Origin: Diadema antillarum
Lineage: Eukaryota
NCBI RefSeq assembly: GCF_040938485.1
Contig: NW_027270908.1
Coordinates: forward strand, 62,001-126,000
DNA: 64,000 nucleotides
Reading direction: 5' to 3'
Every line of letters starts with the position of its first letter. Position 1 is the first letter of the stretch. Both the position numbers and the translations under genes were made by a program. The notes beneath the pieces were generated by a model. It searched no databases and was not told the DNA's origin. It was given only the letters and a program-made list of their open reading frames with translations. Positions 1-10,700 of this stretch are shown here, in pieces.

Positions 1-149
1 ATTGCGCTTCAAAGAAGAAGAGGAGGAAATAATACACTAGTACATTTTACAAACATGACAGCAGGGAAGGGGAAAAAACAAATACATACTAGTTGAGGAA
101 CATAATTTTTTGTTGTGGATTTTACATTATGGATTACAGTTATGTAATC

Positions 150-275
150 CTCAGTGTGACAAGAACAAATTACGTTTGGTTTGACTGTTTCTGTAGATGA
201 CAGTTGGTGTACCGGAATGTTATGTTGATTCCACAGTCTTGGTCCCATAAGGGAGAAAGCACGATCCCAATCCAT
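150..275 (-). pseudogene. Degenerate 3' fragment of an L2/CR1-type LINE ORF2
   Basis: DRAFSLMGPRLWN resembles the conserved C-terminal xRAFSxxxPxLWN motif of L2/CR1-group RTs. Confidence 0.45.
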
Positions 276-557
276 GTTTTATTTTGGATGTTTGTTCGTA
301 ACAGTGCATCGGAAAAAAAAAGCAGCAGGTATGAATATTTCAACCGTTAAAGTTTTGTGACATCTTTATTTGGAAGATTACAAAACAGCGAATTCGAAAA
401 ATCCAAATGAGAAGATGAAAAGCATGAAAAAACATTTCAGCTGTAGTTTCAGACAGAAACTTTCTTATAAGATTTAAACTTATTCCTACTGCAACCCTTT
501 TATTCCCGATTGATTCCTTCCTCTTGTCAGAGTCTCTTTCATACAGCCCTTTTTCAC

Positions 558-592
<35 letters not shown>

Positions 593-829
593 TATTATTT
601 TGTTTTTATATGTGCATATATATAATAATATTGTGTATATATAATCATATATATCATGTACTAGTATATATTATATTCTACATTATATATATGCATATGC
701 ATGCATATCAACATATGCATACATCTGTCCTTTAGGATTTTTTGCTTTTCCCCTTTTTTCATATATAACTACTATTATCATAATTATTACTATTATCAAT
801 ATTATTATCATTATTATTATTTTACATAT

Positions 830-1350
830 ACTTTGAAATGTTTGGTAACTTGAATTTGTTGGTTGACTCTCACTTTCATTTTGTTGCCTCTTCTTGGTAC
901 ACCAGGTTAGGGCTCGCTGCTTGCTCAGCCTCCCCCCCCCCCCCTTATGCTGTTGCTACATTTCACTCTTTTCCTTTCTTTATCCCTCTGTTGTTCCTTA
1001 TCTTGTTTGACTTTGCCTCCCTATTCATCCTTATATCCTTCTCATGGTCCTCTGGATCATCACTGACCCTCCTCTGCTTTTGTCTGTCCCCCCTCCTGCT
1101 TTAATTACCCTCCCTTCATGCCCTTTACCTGTTGGGCTCCTTGCCCAAGACCTCCAACCCGTCCCTTTTGTTATCTATGTACTGTGTCCCTAGCCCTCCC
1201 TGACTGTTCTTGTTGTGTGTAGTCCTTATGTGATTGCTTGCCCTGTCTGTTTGTCATTTTGCCTCTGACGAAGATTCTGCTAGGATTGAAAGCTCAGGCC
1301 CCTTTTGACTCCATTTTTACTCCATGGCTCACTACTATTGGATAAGTAGT
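830..1350 (+). mobile_element. Penelope-like element terminal remnant
   Basis: Pyrimidine-rich tract ending in the CTGACGAAG..GAAAGCTC hammerhead motif typical of PLE termini. No coding remnant seen; boundaries are approximate. Confidence 0.5.
1261..1299 (+). ncRNA. Minimal type I hammerhead ribozyme of Penelope-like type
   Basis: GCCT-CTGACGA-A-GATTCT(GCT)AGGATT-GAAA-GC-TC-AGGC. Stem I GCCU/AGGC, conserved core, 6-bp stem II, palindromic AGCU stem III, predicted cleavage after C1295. Confidence 0.7.
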
Positions 1351-1629
1351 TTTCAGCAGCTTTTTTTTTTATCCGCAAAACTTTAATCACGCAACTGATA
1401 TCTAATATTCCTGATTTTTTTTTCACCTATGACTTCACAACTGGTACCGTCAGTAAACCTTTCAAAATAATGAAATAGTAAAGACCGGAAAGAAAACAGT
1501 AAATTATCATTCGTGCAGAGGGGAGAAGATGGGCTGAAACCGAACAAAGCTATATACTGCAACTTTGGCTGAAGCCTAACAGATTTTAACAAAATATCAC
1601 CCTCTAAAGTTTAAGATCGCAACTCCTGG

Positions 1630-2095
1630 TTTTACAATAATCATTATCAACAAACATGTCGGAAAAACAATAGCAGTGAGATTTGAATCAGTCATCTACT
1701 GCTTTCTGGGCAGCGACACCACCATCGGGCTATCACTTGTTGCTGGCAGTGACTCGATAAACTTGGAATAGATACCCAAGATCTGACTTTATTACGTTGA
1801 AATTCTTATTCAATTAAAACTGGTCTAAGGCGTATATATAGGACGACATTCTTTTTTACAATTTAATTACAATTTTACAATAATCATTATCAACAAACAT
1901 GTCGGAAAAACAATAGCAGTGAGATTTGAATCAGTCATCTACTGCTTTCTGGGCAGCGACACCACCATCGGGCTATCACTTGTTGCTGGCAGTGACTCGA
2001 TAAACTTGGAATAGATACCCAGGATCTGACTTTATTACGTTGAAATTCTTATTCAATTAAAACTGGTCTAAGGCGTATATATAGGACGACATTCT
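1630..2095. repeat. Near-perfect tandem duplication, period 243 bp
   Basis: 1630-1852 and 1873-2095; one substitution seen (CCCAAG/CCCAGG). Confidence 0.9.
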
Positions 2096-2541
2096 CTTTT
2101 TTTGGGGGGGGGGGATAAATTCCATTACACCACATCTTCTCTCCTCTGCGTGAATAAGTTCGTTTAATAACTACAGGAGCCAATAAATCAAATCAAATTA
2201 TGCTAGAAAATTAAAATATGTGGAATTATCACTTCATTTCCTTTATGTTGTTCAACAACTGACATCTCAAACTGTTGTAGTATACTCTAATCCAGCTATG
2301 GATTAAACTAAAGCTTTAAGAATTCATTATTTTTTTTATTAGTTACGGACTACATAATGTATCTTTGTTCCTAAAACTTCAATGTCTTCTCCTACGATAT
2401 ATTTGAAATCACTGCATCGGCATACATATACGAGGGTAAATTCCCATTTTGATAGAAAGGGCACTTGGTAAGCTTTCTTGAATTATCAGAGATAATGGAA
2501 CAGAAAATCATCAGAATCTTTATCTTCGAGATGGCTGTATA

Positions 2542-2694
2542 CAGGGGTAGATCCAGGAATTCCGTAAAGGGGGTGGGGGCGCTTTTACAAAATTAAAGGG
2601 GCACGCCCCCTTTTTTTCTTTTTATTTCTTTTGTTAAAAAAATGATAATAATAAGGGGGGCACTCCCGGTGTGCTCCCCCTGGATCCGCCACTG
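2542..2694. mobile_element. MITE, CAGGGGCGGATCCAGG-type TIR
   Basis: TIRs CAGGGGTAGATCCAGG / rc CAGTGGCGGATCCAGG, 5-bp TSD GTATA. Confidence 0.8.
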
Positions 2695-4788
2695 GTATAG
2701 CAACTTGTCTGCAACCAATTAAGGTTTTGATTTGTTGATAGTTTTTTTTTTCGTCTGTATCACATTTAATTCGATGTATAATTATCGTAAGGTGCTACAA
2801 TCATCAGTGTACATTCTTTTATCCTACATACTTTTACACACCTTATTTTCTATTATTAAAAAAGTGATGTTTGTATATTCTTGTCGAAAAATGAAATAAA
2901 AATAGAAAATTGAATTGAAATTTACTGTGCTCTATATGGCAGACGTCAAGCTGAACTCAGTCAAGCGAATTTCTCATCCACCTGAATACGATGTTAAAGT
3001 TGAAGTTGTGCTCTCATTGCTTTTTTCTTTGATGAACTTCCCAAAGAAGATGTTCCCCACATTAAGTTTATAAGGATTACTGTTGACAATAATCGCTTGG
3101 AAATTCCAAGTCGGTAATATGTGCATATAGACCCCACAGTTATACCTCTAAACACTGGTGTTGTAAAACACAGATAGTTTCACCGCCAATTACTCCGCTA
3201 CCCTGATTTCACTCTATTTACTTTATGGCTTGTTGACTTGGGGTAACATTCGTCATTTTTTCCAATGCTGCGATGCTTAGTAATAGACAGATTACGCCTC
3301 TTACAAAAACAACAGCAAACAAACAAACAGAGCAAAACAAAAACACACTCCGCATTATGTTTATCTCTTTCAGACGATCTCACACAGACTCACTTTTTTT
3401 TTCTTATTGAAAAAAAAATGAATGTTAAAAATGAAAGATTTATATTATTTCGACAAGGACCGTTTATGTTTATATCGGAGACAGCACTTCACCTGCCTTA
3501 CTTACTACGTTTCATACAAATCTGTCAATTCATAAACATCCTACTAGGCGACTTGGAGAATAAAATTTACCTTTGTTACTGGTCACTGTTAGCGTAAAAC
3601 ACGTTCATTATACATGATTGGCCAAGATTTCGTAAAGCACTGAGATGATGATCTTATTCGTACTTACAGGTGCATGTGTCTTTGCTCATGTATCTGTTTT
3701 GTTATATCCTGTTAGTAAGTCTCGTCTCTGCCGGATTTATACACTTTATTTAGTTTTATCGCCCCCCTAAACAATATGGCATATTTTTGAATACATGATT
3801 AATTAGCTCAATGATTCTGTTTCAGTTTCAGTAAGTTTTATTTCTCCACTTGTATAAAAAATAGGTATGACAATATCAAACATATTATTCACAAGTCATG
3901 AAAATATAAACAAGAGTTCACATCACAAATATACAATCATGTAAAATAATACATATATTTCACAGCAAATCTAAATCTTTAAATATAGGTGGAGGAGACC
4001 GTTATCAATAAGCGAATCGCTTGACTTGGACAACGGCCTAAAAAATAATTAAGTAACGTACAGAATTTGGTGACCACGCAACTTTGTTTTGTTGGGGTTG
4101 TTTTTAATGTATGTATATTGACTGGAGGAACTCACAATCTTCAAGCTTCATTTTTTAGTGGGTCCCAATCTCACTCCAAAACTTATAGTTATCAATCACT
4201 GAAATAATGTCTCACTTCTTAATTCTCATCAAATGTATGATATACCCTGCTATCCTATCATACTCATTTTTTATTTTTTTCCCTTTTTATTAACATTGTA
4301 CGTTTGTGCTATTTATTATGTTGCAGATGGAGAAAAATAAATCTGAACTTGAACTTTAATTGCTGCTCATCGTGCACCTTCGGTTGATTTTGAGTTCCTC
4401 TCTATAACATTATCTGAATTCACTTACGCGTTGTGTAAGAAAATTACTATCAAACATACTCTGCTTTTTTTTCACATCTCTTGTCTGTTCCGGAAATTTC
4501 GTATACCATCACTCTTCTACCACGCAACACATACTGCACTTGTTTGGTCGCTTCCCTGTTAATGGGAATGTATTGTTTTTAAACACATGCACGTTCTTCG
4601 TGGACCTGTATCATTTGTATTTTTGTTTGCCAAGGTGAAGTAAAACAAGGAATAGTTCGAATGTTCTCAATGACTTTTGACGAGTTTTATAGGAATTAGA
4701 TATCACACACTGTTATGGTCTTGTTACTACGTAAACCTTTATGGACCGCTTGAATGAATTTAAATGCAGACAAACAACACAAACTTAC

Positions 4789-5770
4789 CCGCATCAACAT
4801 CCAAAGCAGTTATTGTCATGAAACTGGAGGAAATAAGGCTGTTTTCTTCAATTTCTCCTTCATAATGTGATGAAGCAAAAACAGGCGGGTTATCGTTTAT
4901 GTCTTGAATGAAAATTTGAATGATTGCCCTGGACTGCTGGGGGATATCTCCATGGTCACTGGCAGTCACAGTTAATGTATAGTGGGACACTGTTTCACGG
5001 TCTAGCTGCAAGCGGGTGTGTACCTCTCCTGAATTTTCATTGATTTCAAACTCAGGTACATCATCCATGCTGTAGCTTATTTCAGCGTTGGAACCCGCAT
5101 CACCATCGGAGGCCGAAACTTGAACAACAACATTGCCAATGGGAACAGATTCACTAACGAACGCACTGTAAGTCGAGTTTTGGAAAATAGGTGCGTCATT
5201 CCTTGTATCTGTAATCTGACTCGTTATATTTACAGGGATGGGCTGCTCAAATATGGGGGTGTGGTCATTGCGATCGTCAACATAAACGGTCAGGTGGGTG
5301 GTGGTAGCTTTTGGTGGTGTGCCGTGGTCAGTCGCAGTGAGACGAAATGTGTGGGATTCTATCGTTTCTCTGTCGAGAGCCATTGTCGTCACTATCAGAC
5401 CTGTGTCTGGATTGATGTCAAACATGGCTCCACTCCGAGCATCCGATTGAGCCGTCATGCTGTAGGTGAGCCGGCCGTTGTCGCCATCATCATTGTCGGT
5501 TGCCGTGATCGTTGTCACAACATACCCAGGATCCTCATTTTCGGGAACTCTTCGTACATACAACATGCTGTCAAACGAGGGGTTTGTATTTTGGACTTGT
5601 CGTCTGTATCGGTACGAAACAAGTTTACTATGACCAGACATCTCCCAAAGTGGCCTCACTCTTGTTTGACTTGTACTTTGTCTAAAATGTCCCACATGGA
5701 CATTGAAGGTGGCAAAAACTTCGCCATGTAGAATGGTAGCAACTACCACCAAACCGAACAGGAACAACAT
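4789..5770 (-). CDS. Inverted paralogous copy of CELSR-like exon 1 (signal peptide, RYRR, EC1, EC6, start of EC7); downstream exons not in window
   Basis: ATG at 5770 (MLFLFGLVVVATILHGEVFA). 982-nt open exon ending in a phase-1 donor G|GTAAG at 4788, the same position as the + copy. About 84% aa identity to the + copy over the mature part (hand count 43/271 differences). Read-through gives a stop at 4760 (336 aa). Confidence 0.85.
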
Positions 5771-6412
5771 CACGACTCCTGTTAGAAGCTCCCAAACACT
5801 AAAAATCAGTTTGTATAGTAAACACAGTATTAGTTGCCTGCAACAAATGTCGCACAATTAGAACGATGGAGTCAATTATGATGGTAGGCCTACCTTGTTT
5901 TCAAACTGGGCACGCACACACTTGATAAAATCAGAAAGAGATTGTGGAGAGAGAGATTGGCTCTAAATAGAAGAGGTAATCTGATAGGTAGGCTCCGCCC
6001 ACAAAGTTCTTCCAAACTCGCCCATTGGCTCAAATCAAGCCTGAAGTTTGTAAGAGACGGCTGTACGCTCTCCTGTGATTTGTCGGTGTCACGTTCTCTT
6101 GGTGCGCCCCCATAGAGTCGTCTGCAGAGCAGACCGGCGGAGGAAAGAGACTTTCGCCTACCAGATACAGCTTGCACTTGCGTCACCTGTGACAAGTTTT
6201 AAAGCGGAATTTCGTGATAGCAGGCTGCTCAAAAGCCTTGGAAGACGAAACGCGTTGCTTTCAATTCCAGTTTGAAGAACTGACTTACTTTGTCGGAACA
6301 TTTCGATCAGTGAGATGACCAAATAATAATATTGTGTGACGCTTGCTGGAGGCCACGGATGCTGCCGAACATCAACTAAAGTCAAGTGGAAGAAAATTCA
6401 TCGGGAACCGTG
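5771..6412. promoter_or_regulatory. Candidate bidirectional promoter/5' UTRs of the two CELSR-like exon-1 copies
   Basis: 642 nt between divergent ATGs; ATTGG boxes at 5956 and 6024, GC box GGCTCCGCCC at 5991-6000. Confidence 0.5.
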
Positions 6413-7758
6413 ATGTCGTATCTGTTTACTTTGTTGGTGATTGCTGCCATTTTACATGGCGAAGTTTTTGCAGCCGTTAACGTTCATGCGGCAGATTTTA
6501 GACAGAGTACAACTAGAAGTCAGAAGAGGACAATCTTGTCTGGCAAAACTGTTTCTCATCGATACAGACGACAAGTCCAAAATACCAACCCTTCATTTGA
6601 CAGCATGATGTATGTAGGAAGAGTTCCTGAAAACGAGGGTCCAGGATACATTGTGACAACGATCACGGCAACCGACAATGATGATGGCGACAACGGGCGG
6701 CTCACCTACAGCATGACGGCTCAATCGGATGCTCGGAGTGGAGCCATGTTTGACATCAATCCAAATACAGGTTTGATAGTGACGACAATGGCTCTCGACA
6801 GAGAAACGATAGAGTCTCATACATTTCGTCTCACTGCCACTGACCACGGCACACCACCAAAATCTGCCACCACCAACCTGACCATTCATGTGGATGATCG
6901 CAATGACCACAACCCCATATTTGAGCAGCCCATCCCTGTAAATATAACGAGTCAGGTTACAGATACAAGGAGTGTCGCACCTATTTTCCAAAACTCGACT
7001 TACAGTGTTTTCGTCAGTGAATCTGTTCCCGTTGGCCATGTTGTTGTTCAAGTTTCAGCCTCCGATGGTGATGCGGGATCCAATGCTGCAATAAGCTTCA
7101 GCATGGATGATATACCGGAGTTTGAAATCAATGAACATTCAGGAGAAGTACACACCCGTTTGCAGCTGGACCGTGAAACAGTGTCTCACTATGTATTAAC
7201 TGTAACTGCAACTTGCCATGGAGATATTCCCCAGCAGTCCAGAGCACTCCTTCAAATTTCCATTGAAGATATCAATGATAATCCACCTATCTTTCCTACA
7301 TCTCATTATAAAGGAGAAATTGAAGAAATCTGCCCTCTTTACTCTACTCTGCTGACAATATCTGCTTTGGATGCTGATACAGGTAAATTTCTGTTGTTTG
7401 CATTAGATTTTTACGATAATTTGGATTTTGACTCAGAAGATTGATTCCCATCGCTTTGAAGGCAGCTTTGTAGTACTTCTTGTTTGTTTGTTTGCTTGTT
7501 ATTTTTTCTTTTAAAAAAAGAAAAAGTTTTTGTATGTATAGGTATGGAGTGGGGAAGACACATCATAGATGAAATAATGATCCAAACTTTGATTTGACCC
7601 TAAAAATGGCCTATTTTTTTAATGTCATGATATTGGCACGCACATACAACATACAGACTGAAATAAAAAGGAAGCTAGTAGGCCTATGTGGATTTACTTC
7701 AAATGAAACAATATCTTTTTCAGATTTAATTCCCTACAAATAATGTACTCTTCAGTGA

Positions 7759-7795
<37 letters not shown>

Positions 7796-10700
7796 TCTTC
7801 TCTTTTATTATTATTATTTTTTTTCAGGATCAAATGGTGAAGTCGGGTATACTTTTGAAGGGGGGTCTGATGCAGATGGGCGGTTTGTCATAGATGAGAT
7901 GTCCGGCACTGTTCGTGTTGCTTCATTGCTGGACCGCGAGTCAGTGGCTGCATATGACTTGGTGGCATATGCTTATGACCGAGGTGTTCCTTCCTTGAGA
8001 ACGGCAGTGCCGATCTCCGTGGAGATCCTCGATGTCAATGACAATCCACCATCATTTACCCGGAAGGAGTACTTCTTCACAGTCAAGGAGAATCGTGTTC
8101 CAGGGGAATGGGTGGGTGAAGTGACTGCCCTTGATCCGGACTCCCTAGATAATGGCCATATCAGCTACACCATCTTGGATGAAGATCTTTTCCCTTTTGA
8201 GATACATTATGCGTCCGGGATGATCACTACACTGGAAATACTTGACTATGAATCTCGCAGAGAGTATGAGCTTGTCATTCTCGCTATCAATGTACCATAT
8301 TTTGCTGATGTGATCGTTCACATCGGTGTGACGGATTACAATGATAATATGCCTATTCTGAATGACTTTGAGATATTTTTGAATAGCTATGAGGGTACCT
8401 TTTATGAAGGTGATGTCGCAAAGGTACCTGCAACAGATCCTGACATTTCAGATGTGCTGTGGTACTCCATTATACGCGGAAATGACTACAATCATCTAAT
8501 CTTGAATGAATCGACTGGTGGAATAAGGCTTCACCGGTTTCTCCGGAGACGCCTCTTTATTTTACCACAGACTACTGAGTTCATAGTAAAAGCATCTGGT
8601 AAGGACTATCTTTACATTGATTTTTTTTTTGTGCGTGTATGTGTGTGTTAGTGAAATTCTATGATTAGCTGATCACTATATTTCGCAGATTTTCTCTAAA
8701 CAGGGCACTTCTATATGATGCAATAATTGCATGGTATATATCCATTAGATTCATACTGACAACCAATGCAGAAAAAATAAAGCTCACCTTTGATTTTCTT
8801 TGAGAACAAGATTTTGCCCATGGTTCTAAGTTCATACAATACCATTCTGCAGATGTGTTATTTAACTTCAACTGAATAAGAAAATGTAGAAAATATTGGA
8901 ATAACCTCAGCAATGCCAATATGCTTTGATGCTCTTTTCATTTACAGTAGTGAAAATGTTATCTCCATTTCATCTTTTCTTTGTTCATTTATAGACGGAA
9001 TAAATGTAGTGACAGCACTTGGCACGTTCCACGTGTTCTTAGTGACTGCTGACATGCTCGCCAACAGTGTGACGGTTCACATGGAGGGCATTCAGTCCAG
9101 CGAGTTCCTGTCCTCAAAGTTGGTCCACTTCACTGAAACCATGGAGAGGATCATCCCTACACACCGGGACTTCATCCATGTCTTTGGCGTCCAGTCGGAA
9201 GGCCCTGGACTCCTGAGCGTCACCTTTGCGGCACAGCGCCCCGACGGCACTTTCTTCACCTCTCAGCACCTCCAAGAAAGGATATACGTCAAACGAAACC
9301 AGCTCTCCTCGGCGCTTGGCGCCACCGTTCTGCCGTTCAGTGACGACCTCTGTCTGCAGGAGATATGCAGTGGCTTCCACCAGTGCGTGGCAACGGTCAG
9401 CTCCTGGACTCCAGGTGAGGTCATTGCCACTGCAACGGTGATCTTCCATTCCGTCCTTCCCGAGATCCTCTACAGTTGCGTCTGTCCTCCAGGGTATACA
9501 GGAAACTACTGCCTCACAGAGGTTAACTTCTGCTACTCGAGCCCTTGCGCCAATGGAGGTACCTGTATTCAGAAAGAGCAGGGGTACACTTGCTTGTGCC
9601 AAGATGGATTTACAGGTAGGCTACAGAATATATGCATACTCAAAATGTGTGCCATTCATTAGGAAGTCTTTTATTGTGTGTGTGTGGAGGGTGAGGGGGT
9701 TGGAAGTGGGAAGCGAAGATGAGAGAATAGAAAAATTTGAATGGAAAATTAAAAAGAAATGTATTGTAAAGCATTACATTTTCAAGACCATGATTCAGGC
9801 CTCTTTCTGGAGAGTTCTTTATTATGTCCCATGAGGTACATAATTATAATGTACAAACATTGACCATTGTTGAAGTTTTGCAATGTCTACGAGGTGTCTA
9901 AAATGGAATTTGATTTATAGATGTCTTCACATACTTGAGTATGTATTTCAGTCACTGAAGATTTTCCAAGGATAAAGGCACTCGATGGGATCCAAACCAG
10001 GGCTGGCGGAGCGTTTTCAAAAGGTGGGGGCCACTTCCGGGTTTCATGAGCTAACAAAAAAAAAAAAAAAAGCCTTCAGCGCAACTTCTGGTGGCACTTC
10101 TAGGTTTCTTCTGCTGAGAAGCCACAACAACAACAGCAACAACAACAACAACAACAAAAAAGGTCTTCAACCCCCCTCCCCCCCAAAAAAATAACCTTAC
10201 TGCGCTCACACTTCAAGGTCTATATTTATTTTTTGAGTGCCACTTATGCACTTCCGGGGTAAAAAAAGTGGGGGTGGGGGAGGGCCCAAAGTGGTGACAC
10301 CTTATGTATTCCTTTGTATGGTGCAAAGGGGCCTAAGCGCCCCCCCCCCCCCCCCCGGCATCCCCGGTTTCGCCGGCCATGCAAACTTGGGACCTGTAAT
10401 TGAAAAGTCAGGAGTCTCATCAACTATGCTGCAGTGCCCCCACAAAATTTATTCACAAATATTAGATGGACTCCTCATATATTGTGTTATCACAAACACA
10501 CTCGCACACACGCACACATTTCTAAAATTTGCCTTTGCCATCTGTAACAAATGGTACATTTCATATGATAATGGTGGATGATTATTTTTTTGTTGCAAGT
10601 GAGTAATGGGAGTGAGTATATTATGTTGTAGATTTTGATCTCATTTGGTAGATTCAACTGAGTTACCATACATCTAGTAACATGCTAACTGTTTTCAGAC

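Noticed and set aside
6225-6262. GAAACGCGTT in the cadherin promoter as a second hammerhead
   Set aside because: No CUGAnGA box or stem I upstream.
5120-7051. ORFs 5120-5731(+) and 6593-7051(-), similar to each other, as a novel gene pair
   Set aside because: They are antisense shadows of the two cadherin exons; their similarity just mirrors the duplication.
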